The position numbers and the translations under genes are program-made. A DNA stretch of 50,581 nucleotides from Candidatus Sumerlaeota bacterium (GTDB lineage Bacteria > Sumerlaeota > Sumerlaeia > Sumerlaeales > Sumerlaeaceae), in the NCBI GenBank assembly GCA_012513815.1, contig JAAZBM010000006.1:1-50581 (forward strand), written 5' to 3'. A model generated the notes under the pieces. It was not told the origin of the DNA. It did no database searches and saw only the letters and a program-made list of their open reading frames with translations. Below, piece after piece: positions 30,172-37,551 of this stretch; positions within the stretch are counted from its first letter, which is position 1; each line of letters starts with the position of its first letter.

Positions 30172-30326
30172 GTTTTCAATTTACAAACGAGGGGAACATC
30201 AATTTAGTGAGATGGCACAAACAGGGATGCTTGAGGCAAGTGTCCGGTTTTTGTCCTCTCAGTAAAACAAGTTATTGGTGGCGCGGTAAATGAAGTATCA
30301 GAAAGAATGTGAGTTAGGTACAAATT

Positions 30327-31331
30327 ATGACTTTGCAATATATTCCGATTGAGACTCTGGAACAGTCCATGAATATTGTCGCTGTTTATCAAATGCTGAA
30401 TTATCAGATTCGCGCCAAAAAGGACGGCGGGCAGTTTGTGAGTATGCTGTTAAGCGATTCCAGCGGACGGATTCAGGCAATGCTGTGGGATAACATCGAG
30501 GGTTTTGTCGCGGGGAAGTACGCCGATAATGATTTTCTGGAGGTTAGCGGTTCGGTGCAGTCGTACAACAATCAGTTGCAACTGCGGGCGACACGCGTGC
30601 GCAAAGTGCCGCTTGCCGAGGTGGAAGTCTCGCGCTTTTTGCAATGCTCGCCGCGTGACCAGGCCGAGATGATTGCCGAGCTGAAGAAGCGTGTCGAGTC
30701 CATCGAGGACGAAGATTATAGGAGTGTCGTTGCCAGTGTGTTCTCTAACAAGGAGTTCGTGCGGGAGTTTACGCGTGGGGCGGCAGCGGTGATGATGCAT
30801 CACGCTTATATCCATGGACTGCTTGAGCATACGCTGTCGGTTGCCGCAACGGCAATGCGCATCGCCGAGGGATATCCGCGGCTGGATAAGTCGCTTTTGC
30901 TAGCGGCGGCACTGCTGCATGACATCGGGAAAACGATGGAGTATTGCAGTGATTATAAAATCGAGCTGACGGACGCCGGGCGACTGATTGGGCACATCAG
31001 CGCCGGAAGTATTATTGTTGAGAAACATTGCTCGCGGTTCCCGGATATGCCCGCGACGAAGAAAATGCTGCTTCTGCATTGCATCCTGAGCCATCACGGC
31101 GAGTACGAGTTTGGATCGCCGAAGCGCCCGAAAATCCCGGAGGCGTTGGTGCTGCATATCGCCGACTTGATTGACTCGCAACTTGCTGGTTATTATGAGA
31201 AGGCCGATGACGTCGCGCAAAAAGGAACCGGCAAATGGGAACAGATGTTTATGTTCCAGCGTCAGATGTTTTTGCGTGAGGATTTGCCTGTCGAGGGCGC
31301 AGACCTCATCGAGAAGTTTACTCAAGAGTAA
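30327..31331 (+). CDS. 3'-5' exoribonuclease YhaM-like (OB-fold plus HD domain)
   Basis: N-terminal OB-fold region. HD-domain motifs HHAYIHGLLEHTL...LLHDIGK...LSHHGEYEFGSPKRPK. Confidence 0.7.
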   Translation: MTLQYIPIETLEQSMNIVAVYQMLNYQIRAKKDGGQFVSMLLSDSSGRIQAMLWDNIEGFVAGKYADNDFLEVSGSVQSYNNQLQLRATRVRKVPLAEVEVSRFLQCSPRDQAEMIAELKKRVESIEDEDYRSVVASVFSNKEFVREFTRGAAAVMMHHAYIHGLLEHTLSVAATAMRIAEGYPRLDKSLLLAAALLHDIGKTMEYCSDYKIELTDAGRLIGHISAGSIIVEKHCSRFPDMPATKKMLLLHCILSHHGEYEFGSPKRPKIPEALVLHIADLIDSQLAGYYEKADDVAQKGTGKWEQMFMFQRQMFLREDLPVEGADLIEKFTQE

Positions 31332-31482
31332 CGGAGCTACACCCATTGATTGGGTCGGATACAAGATTTTGCATAAAAAAAGCACTTTTAACACAAAATG
31401 TTGTGAATAGATTTTTTAGGGGTTGTAATTAAGTACGTATTCTTGAGATGTTAACTCAAAATACCTCCTTTTTTTTAAACCC

Positions 31483-31526
31483 CTGCCGCCGGGACACCAC
31501 AACACCCCGGCGGTCCTTTTTTGTTT
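31483..31526 (+). terminator. rho-independent terminator
   Basis: CCGCCGGG-12nt-CCCGGCGG perfect 8-bp GC stem followed by TCCTTTTTTGTTT, about 150 nt downstream of the yhaM-like gene. Confidence 0.5.
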
Positions 31527-31649
31527 ATGACTTGCTAAATATCAACATATCCGGATTTGCTGTTGTCGTTTTCGTGTGGGGGTTCCGATTCCTCGTCCAT
31601 GTTTGTCTTTCCTTGTTTGTGTCGATAATCCTGCGGCGGCGATGCCGGT

Positions 31650-32276
31650 TTATTCGACTCGGTCGTATGCCATTCCGCAGTATTCGCAGTGGCTGTGATT
31701 GTCGGGATTTGCCGCGCCGCATCCCTTGCAAACGCGGGCATATTGTGGCGGGGCGGGTGGCTTGGGTTGTTGCGGCGACTGGTATTCGTCGGGGCGGATG
31801 TTTCGTGAAAGCAACCATTCGCGGCGTTGACGGGCAGCATCTTCATCGCTGACGAAGAATTCCATGCCTTGTCCGTTATCGATGATTCGGCAGTTGTGGC
31901 TCGGAAGGATATCCTTGTGAATCATTTCTTGCACGGCGGCGGCGACTGTATTGACATCAGCACCTGTTTTGGCGGCAATACTTTTGAAGGAGGTGTCGCC
32001 GTTGAACATTCGATTCAGAATCTCGCTATAGAGTTTGCGCTTTTGCTGATTGTGGTAATATGACCACAATGAACTCAGCACACACAAACCGACAAGGATT
32101 AGGAAAAAATACAAGATCTCCTTCCCGCCAACGGTGTTTAAAAACAGACAAAGCAAGATAAGCCCCACAAGACAGCCACAGCTTATGTTGGGCTTTTTGG
32201 TCGAGTAAGCGGCGTCGAGGCGTTGGAAGATTTCCTCGAAGCTCATTTCTATCTGTGGTCTGAATTCGTCGTTCAT
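31650..32276 (-). CDS. hypothetical 2-TM membrane protein with C-terminal zinc-ribbon (tandem paralogue A, YdjG-like?)
   Basis: N-terminal motif MNDEFRPQIEMSFEEIFQRLD. Two hydrophobic helices. C-terminal VCKGCGAANPDNHSHCEYCG zinc-ribbon. Pairs with the downstream paralogue. Confidence 0.5.
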   Translation of the reverse strand: MNDEFRPQIEMSFEEIFQRLDAAYSTKKPNISCGCLVGLILLCLFLNTVGGKEILYFFLILVGLCVLSSLWSYYHNQQKRKLYSEILNRMFNGDTSFKSIAAKTGADVNTVAAAVQEMIHKDILPSHNCRIIDNGQGMEFFVSDEDAARQRREWLLSRNIRPDEYQSPQQPKPPAPPQYARVCKGCGAANPDNHSHCEYCGMAYDRVE

Positions 32277-32410
32277 GAGTCGTCTCTATTTGTATTTATG
32301 ACTCCCGTGACTCGGCTCGAATCCTTCTTTTGATTTTTCATCGTTGCGAAGTCATCATTCATTGTGTAGACGAGTGGTTGGACGTAATTAGGATTCACGT
32401 TTGTTTCGAT

Positions 32411-33028
32411 TTAGTCAAATGGCGCGCCACAGTATTCGCAGTGGCTACGGTTGTCCGGGTTTGTCGCGCCGCATCCTTTGCAGATACCGGCATATTTAGG
32501 CGGGGTCGATGGTTGCTGTTGTTGTTGCGGGAGTTTGTCGGAACCGTTATTGTGGGCGGCTTCCCATTCGTGTTGTTGCCGTTCGGCTTCTTCATCGCTG
32601 ACATAGAATTTCACGCTTTGACCATCGTCGACGATTTTGCAACTGTCCTTTGGCAAGATGTCCTTGTCAATCATGTCTTGCACAGCCTCGCCGACCTTCA
32701 GGTAATTCGTCTTGAGCGAAGAGGCAATGGATTCAAGGGACGTTTCGCCGGTGAAAATAAGGGCGAGAATTCCTTTATAGAAATCCTTTTTGCTGCGGCC
32801 GGAAGAGGAAGTAATGAACAACCACACCGAAAGTATATAAAACAGGAAAACGCAAGTTATGGCGAAGGCGCCGCCATCGTCGAACGCCATGATTAGCCCC
32901 ACGACTCCCAGAATGCTGGAGATGCCCCCACAGCAATTCCAAGATTCGCTGGTCGAAAAAGCCTTTTCGAGTTTTTGATGGATTTCGTCAAAACTCAAAT
33001 CTAATCTTGGTGTGAATTCGTTGTTCAT
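32411..33028 (-). CDS. hypothetical 2-TM membrane protein with C-terminal zinc-ribbon (tandem paralogue B)
   Basis: Same architecture as 31650..32276 (MNNEFTPRLDLSFDEIHQKLE...ICKGCGATNPDNRSHCEYCG). Nucleotide-level similarity is visible around the zinc-ribbon region. Confidence 0.5.
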   Translation of the reverse strand: MNNEFTPRLDLSFDEIHQKLEKAFSTSESWNCCGGISSILGVVGLIMAFDDGGAFAITCVFLFYILSVWLFITSSSGRSKKDFYKGILALIFTGETSLESIASSLKTNYLKVGEAVQDMIDKDILPKDSCKIVDDGQSVKFYVSDEEAERQQHEWEAAHNNGSDKLPQQQQQPSTPPKYAGICKGCGATNPDNRSHCEYCGAPFD

Positions 33029-33082
33029 TTTGTGTCTCTATTCGTGTGGCGCCCGCCTCGACGCGCTGCCGATTGAAACGGC

Positions 33083-33796
33083 CTAGAAACCGCCTCGTTT
33101 GGCTTGAGCCAATTCTGTGGCTCGCTGCGCAATGAGGAATTTTATTTTGTTGACGGCTTCTGCGACGGAATCGGCTTTGGTGTCGTCCGGCCCTTTGAGG
33201 ACTCTGTCAAGCTGTTCGACCGCTCCGAAGATTTCTTCGTCTCGTGAACTTTTGCCTACGCGGTCAGCATATTTTGCGGCTTCGTAGGCGGCTTGGAGTT
33301 GCTGCGAGAAAGGCGCGTTCGCTGCGTCGTTTTTGAGCGCCTCGAGTGTCTTTTCCGTTTCGAGCATAAAGGCCATTGCCGCTTTCGTCTGTGAGTCCAC
33401 AGCCTGAACCCGTCCGGCAAACGCGCTGATGAATATGACGATGATGATTGTCGGCGCGATGACGAAGAGGTGGAAGACGGTGAAGAGGTTCTGATGCTCT
33501 TCGAAGAGGTCTTTGACGGCAAACAAAAGCAGCGTCAACAGGAAGTATATGATGAGAGTGGTCGGGATTCCGACTCGCATGATGATCGGGCTTGCTCCGA
33601 GCTTTTGCGAGACAGACAGGTAGATGCCGATTGTGCAGACGAATTCCGAGACGATGAGCGCCCAGAATGCCATCATGTCGACTTTTGATCGGTCGGGTTC
33701 GCTTGTGAGCAAGAAGAATGTCGCGGCAGTCAAGAGTATGATGACCGCGCCGACAAGAAGCGTCGAAACGCCAAAGGTGTGTTTGCTGAGGTTCAT
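33083..33796 (-). CDS. hypothetical 4-TM membrane protein with C-terminal cytoplasmic helical domain (YdjH-like?)
   Basis: Four hydrophobic helices in the first 130 aa, then a predicted alpha-helical soluble domain. Located between the zinc-ribbon paralogues and the SPFH gene. Confidence 0.45.
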   Translation of the reverse strand: MNLSKHTFGVSTLLVGAVIILLTAATFFLLTSEPDRSKVDMMAFWALIVSEFVCTIGIYLSVSQKLGASPIIMRVGIPTTLIIYFLLTLLLFAVKDLFEEHQNLFTVFHLFVIAPTIIIVIFISAFAGRVQAVDSQTKAAMAFMLETEKTLEALKNDAANAPFSQQLQAAYEAAKYADRVGKSSRDEEIFGAVEQLDRVLKGPDDTKADSVAEAVNKIKFLIAQRATELAQAKRGGF

Positions 33797-33811
33797 GTTT
33801 GTTTCCCTTTC

Positions 33812-35125
33812 CTATTGAAGTTTTTTGCCGCAGTCGGGGCAGAACTTCGCTCCGTCTTTGACCACGCATCCGCAGTCGGGGCATTTGCTTTGGGGTTTTG
33901 TCTCGAATGGCGTTCCGCAATCGGGGCAGAATTTGTTCGTGCCGTTATTCGTGTTCGCTCCGCATTTTGGGCATGGCGCCAATGGGGCCTTGCCGCATTC
34001 GGGGCATGGAGATGTTGTGTCGGGTCTGTCCGCGCTGCAGAATTCACATTTCAGATAGGGGTCACCGCATTCGGGGCAGAACTTCGCTGTTTTGGGGAAG
34101 CTCTTTCCGCATGAACAGCATTTGACTTGTTCTGCTGGTGCGGGTGCTTGCGTCGGTGCCACGAGTGAGGCTCCGCAGGTGCCGCAGAATTTGACCATCT
34201 GCAAATTGTCGGCTCCACATTTGGGACATTTGACGGGTGGTTGTGTGTTGATGCTCTGAGCGATGGTTCCCATTGCTCCACCCATCGTGCCGCCCACGCC
34301 AAGTCCCATGCCAAGGCCGATGCCCGCTCCCATGAGTCCGGCCTGAGCGCCGCCGGTGTTTTTGGCCGCGCCCTCGAGTGTGTCGAACGAGCGTTCCTGT
34401 GTGTAGTTGTATCCGATGATTTCCATCTCGGCTTTTTTGGCGAGTGCCGCCTTGAGCTGCTTGACCGCCGAATCGTCTTCGGATGTGCTGATGTCTGTGA
34501 CGTAGAAGTTCGAAATCGAAATGCCGTACTCGTCAAAGGTCGGCTTGACTTCTTCGCCGATGAACTGCGAAAGCTCGTTGAGGTAAGCATTGATTTCAAG
34601 CAACGTGATTTGCTTTTTGACAAGATACGATGAAATGGCGTCTTTGGCTCGGGTAAGGTACAGCCCGCGGAAATACTGCGTCATGTATTCGCGTGTGAAT
34701 ACGGAAAGTGTGCCGACGAGCTTTGTTAGGAATTTGCGTGAGTCGGAGATTTGCAAACCGAATTGTCCGTGCGAACGCACCGGCAAAAAGATTTTATATT
34801 TTGGGTCTTGAATCTGGATGGGTGTCGGTGTGCCCCACTTGACATCCAATGTGAAAGCTTTGTTGACAAACCATACTTCCGCGGAAAATGGTGACTGCCC
34901 ACCAAAGGGAAGATTGATGAGTTTGTCGAGTAGCGGGATGTTCGTTGTGTCGAGCGTGTGGCGCCCGGGCGAGAAAACGTCGAGTGCCTGTCCGCCCTTG
35001 AACAGCACTGCCTCTTGTGATTCGTTGACGATGACCTGAGTAAAGGTGCTCAGTTCCTCGTTGGGGAACTTCCACGCATAGATTGTTGGAGGCCCGTCAA
35101 ATTTGACTACATCAATAATCGCCAT
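33812..35125 (-). CDS. SPFH/band-7 (stomatin-prohibitin) family protein with glycine-rich linker and five C-terminal zinc-ribbons (COG4260 / YdjI-like)
   Basis: N-terminal SPFH-like region (IYAWKFPNEELSTFTQVIVNESQEAVLFKGGQALDVFSPGRHTL). Gly-zipper GLMGAGIGLGMGLGVGGTMGGAMG. Then five CxxC-X10-13-CxxC modules (aa 300-432). Confidence 0.6.
   Translation of the reverse strand: MAIIDVVKFDGPPTIYAWKFPNEELSTFTQVIVNESQEAVLFKGGQALDVFSPGRHTLDTTNIPLLDKLINLPFGGQSPFSAEVWFVNKAFTLDVKWGTPTPIQIQDPKYKIFLPVRSHGQFGLQISDSRKFLTKLVGTLSVFTREYMTQYFRGLYLTRAKDAISSYLVKKQITLLEINAYLNELSQFIGEEVKPTFDEYGISISNFYVTDISTSEDDSAVKQLKAALAKKAEMEIIGYNYTQERSFDTLEGAAKNTGGAQAGLMGAGIGLGMGLGVGGTMGGAMGTIAQSINTQPPVKCPKCGADNLQMVKFCGTCGASLVAPTQAPAPAEQVKCCSCGKSFPKTAKFCPECGDPYLKCEFCSADRPDTTSPCPECGKAPLAPCPKCGANTNNGTNKFCPDCGTPFETKPQSKCPDCGCVVKDGAKFCPDCGKKLQ
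33815..34228 (-). repeat. tandem array of five zinc-ribbon-coding repeats within the SPFH gene
   Basis: Five CPxCG...FCPxCG units. Repeated gcagtcggggca/gcattcggggca-type DNA motifs (reverse complement of TGCCCCGA(A/C)TGC) are visible on the plus strand. Confidence 0.5.
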
Positions 35126-35231
35126 TGTTAATACTCCTTTTTATTGTGCTAAAGTATTATTATAAAAGATATTCTTTTTTTAGTCAAAAGCAATTTGTCC
35201 GAAAATTATATTTGCGGCTATAATGGTCAAA

Positions 35232-35272
35232 TCCGCAGAAAAACGCACAAAAAAAGGCGGCGAAGCTGTGTG
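35232..35272 (-). terminator. rho-independent terminator downstream of EF-G paralogue
   Basis: GGCGGCGA-11nt-TCGCCGCC perfect stem. Preceded on plus by a 7-A run, which is a U-run on the minus transcript. Confidence 0.55.
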
Positions 35273-35316
35273 CCTCGCCGCCAGTGTTTATCTCTGTGGA
35301 ATGACGGGAACGAATG

Positions 35317-37389
35317 TTATTCGTCGTCATCTTCGTCGTCGCTGGTGTATGCGGCAACGATTTTCTCCTGAACTTCAGCGGGAACTCTCTCGTAGTGGTC
35401 ATAGCCCATTTCGTAGATTCCGCGGCCCTGTGTGATGGAGCGCAGTTGCTTGTTGAAATCGAACATTTCGGCGGCAGGCACAAGCGCTGTGATGACTTGC
35501 TTTTTGCCTTCGGCTTCCATGCCGAGGATGCGTCCACGACGTGTGTTGAGGTCGCCCATCACGTCACCCATGTATGCTTCGGGAACGACGACTCTGACCT
35601 TGTTGATTGGTTCGAGGATGATGGGTCCGGCCTGTTTGGAAACAAGCTTGAAGCCTTTGCTTGCGGCGATTTGGAATGCCGCGTCGCTTGAGTCGACGGG
35701 GTGCGTTTTACCGTCGTAGCAAACTGCTTTCATGTCGACCGCGACGTTCCCCGCGATAATGCCTTTTTCCATCGCGGCGCGAATGCCCTTTTCGACGGAG
35801 CTTTCGTAGTTGCGCGGAATGACGCCGCCGACGATTGCCCATTCGAATTGGAATCCGCTACCTTCGGGCAGTGGCTCAAGTCGAATCCAGCAGTCACCGA
35901 ATTGTCCTCTACCGCCGCTCTGCTTTTTGTGCTTGCCTTCGCCTTCGGCCTTTTTCGTAATTGTTTCGCGATACTCGACTTTGGGGATATTGAGTTCAGC
36001 TTCGACTTTCACACCCGAGCGCAAGCGCGAGAGCACGACGTCGATTTGTGTGTCACCCATTGCTTCGAGGATTGACTGGTGCGTGACGGGGTTGCGATAG
36101 AAATGCAACGTTGGGTCTTGCTCCATCATGCGGTGAATTGCGGCGCCGATCTTTTCTTCGTCTTCGCGCTTCTTGGCGGAGATTGCCATCGCGACGACGC
36201 GTTGAGGCATTGTCGTTGGCGCAAGTGTGACGGTGTTTTTGCCTTCGCAAAGTGTGTCGTAGATGCGTGTCTTGGCGAGTTTGGCGAGCGCGCCGATGTC
36301 GCCCGCGACAAGCTGATTGACAGCTTCTTGTTTTTTGCCGCGCATGGTCATCAGGTGCGAGACACGTTCGTCTGTGTTTGTCTTGGGGTTGTTGAGTGTC
36401 GTATCGTTTTTCACAACACCGCTAAGAACCTTGAAGAAAGTCAGGTATCCGGCAAACGCATCGCTGACGGTCTTGAAAACGAAAGCGGCTGTTGTTCCGG
36501 CGGCGTCGCAAGCGATTTCGATATCGTCTTCGTTCGCGTTTTGCGCCTTGACGGCTGGGCGCTCTGTGGGCGCGGCCACCAAGTCGACAAGCATATCCAT
36601 GATTCCGGTTGTGTCTGCGCCAAGAGAACCGGCGGCGACAAAGACGGGGCATGCTTTGCGGGTTTTGGTTTCGGCGGCGAGACCCTTCATGACTTCTTCA
36701 TGGGTGAGTGTTTCGCCATCGAGGACCTTCATCATCATCTCGTCGTCGCCTTCGGCGGCTGTTTCAGTGAGATCCATAAACCGTGATTCAAAGTCGTCCT
36801 TCAGGTCCGCGGGGATTTCGGCGAGCACTGTTTTGCCGGCAGCTCCTGTGGCGTACTTACCGTTGAGCATATTGACGACGCCTTTGAAGTTGAGTCCTTC
36901 GCCGACGGGGAATGATGCCAAGACGGTGCGTGCTCCAAGTTGCGTGTTGATTGAGGCATAAGCTTTCTCGAAATCAGCGCGTTCGCGGTCTAATTTATTG
37001 ATAACAAAGATGACGGGGAGATTATATTCTTCCGCGATTTCCCATGCGATTTCGGTGCCGACTTCGACTCCGCTATCCGCGTTGATGAAGATAACCATTG
37101 TATCGACGACGCGTGCGCAGTTGCGGATTTCTCCGATGAAATCGCGTGCTCCGGGCAAGTCCAGAATGTTGATTTTGCATCCACGATATTCCACGGGCAC
37201 CAACGAAGCGCTGACTGTGCAACCACGTTTAATTTCTTCGGCGTCATAGTCGCAGAGCGCAACGCCTTCTTCCAGACGTTCAACCGCCTTGGTGTTCAGT
37301 AGCATCGATGCGGCCATCGCTGTTTTTCCTGAGCCGCTATGACCGGCAAAGGCCACATTTCGGATTTGTTCGGAAGTATAGTCCTTCAC
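35317..37389 (-). CDS. elongation factor G family GTPase (EF-G paralogue)
   Basis: 690 aa. AGHSGSGKT (G1), DLPGARDF, NKLD motifs, and EF-G domains II-V in C-terminal sequence. Confidence 0.85.
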   Translation of the reverse strand: MKDYTSEQIRNVAFAGHSGSGKTAMAASMLLNTKAVERLEEGVALCDYDAEEIKRGCTVSASLVPVEYRGCKINILDLPGARDFIGEIRNCARVVDTMVIFINADSGVEVGTEIAWEIAEEYNLPVIFVINKLDRERADFEKAYASINTQLGARTVLASFPVGEGLNFKGVVNMLNGKYATGAAGKTVLAEIPADLKDDFESRFMDLTETAAEGDDEMMMKVLDGETLTHEEVMKGLAAETKTRKACPVFVAAGSLGADTTGIMDMLVDLVAAPTERPAVKAQNANEDDIEIACDAAGTTAAFVFKTVSDAFAGYLTFFKVLSGVVKNDTTLNNPKTNTDERVSHLMTMRGKKQEAVNQLVAGDIGALAKLAKTRIYDTLCEGKNTVTLAPTTMPQRVVAMAISAKKREDEEKIGAAIHRMMEQDPTLHFYRNPVTHQSILEAMGDTQIDVVLSRLRSGVKVEAELNIPKVEYRETITKKAEGEGKHKKQSGGRGQFGDCWIRLEPLPEGSGFQFEWAIVGGVIPRNYESSVEKGIRAAMEKGIIAGNVAVDMKAVCYDGKTHPVDSSDAAFQIAASKGFKLVSKQAGPIILEPINKVRVVVPEAYMGDVMGDLNTRRGRILGMEAEGKKQVITALVPAAEMFDFNKQLRSITQGRGIYEMGYDHYERVPAEVQEKIVAAYTSDDEDDDE

Positions 37390-37482
37390 GAGCGTTTCTC
37401 CTATTCCAGTAAAGTATTGTTAAGGTGTTTTATAACGCACCTTGCGTTAAAATTCGATTTTTCACTTTGTTTTCCGCGGCTT

Positions 37483-37545
37483 GCGCGAAAACGAAAACAA
37501 AGAGCGCGGGATGAGGAATCGCTGTTGAGCCCTCGCCCCGCGCGC
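37483..37545 (-). terminator. rho-independent terminator downstream of secDF
   Basis: Imperfect GC-rich hairpin (GCGCGGG..GAGG/CCTC..CCCGCGC) starting 7 nt after the secDF stop, followed on the minus strand by TCTTTGTTTTCGTTTTCG. Confidence 0.5.
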
Positions 37546-37551
37546 AATATT

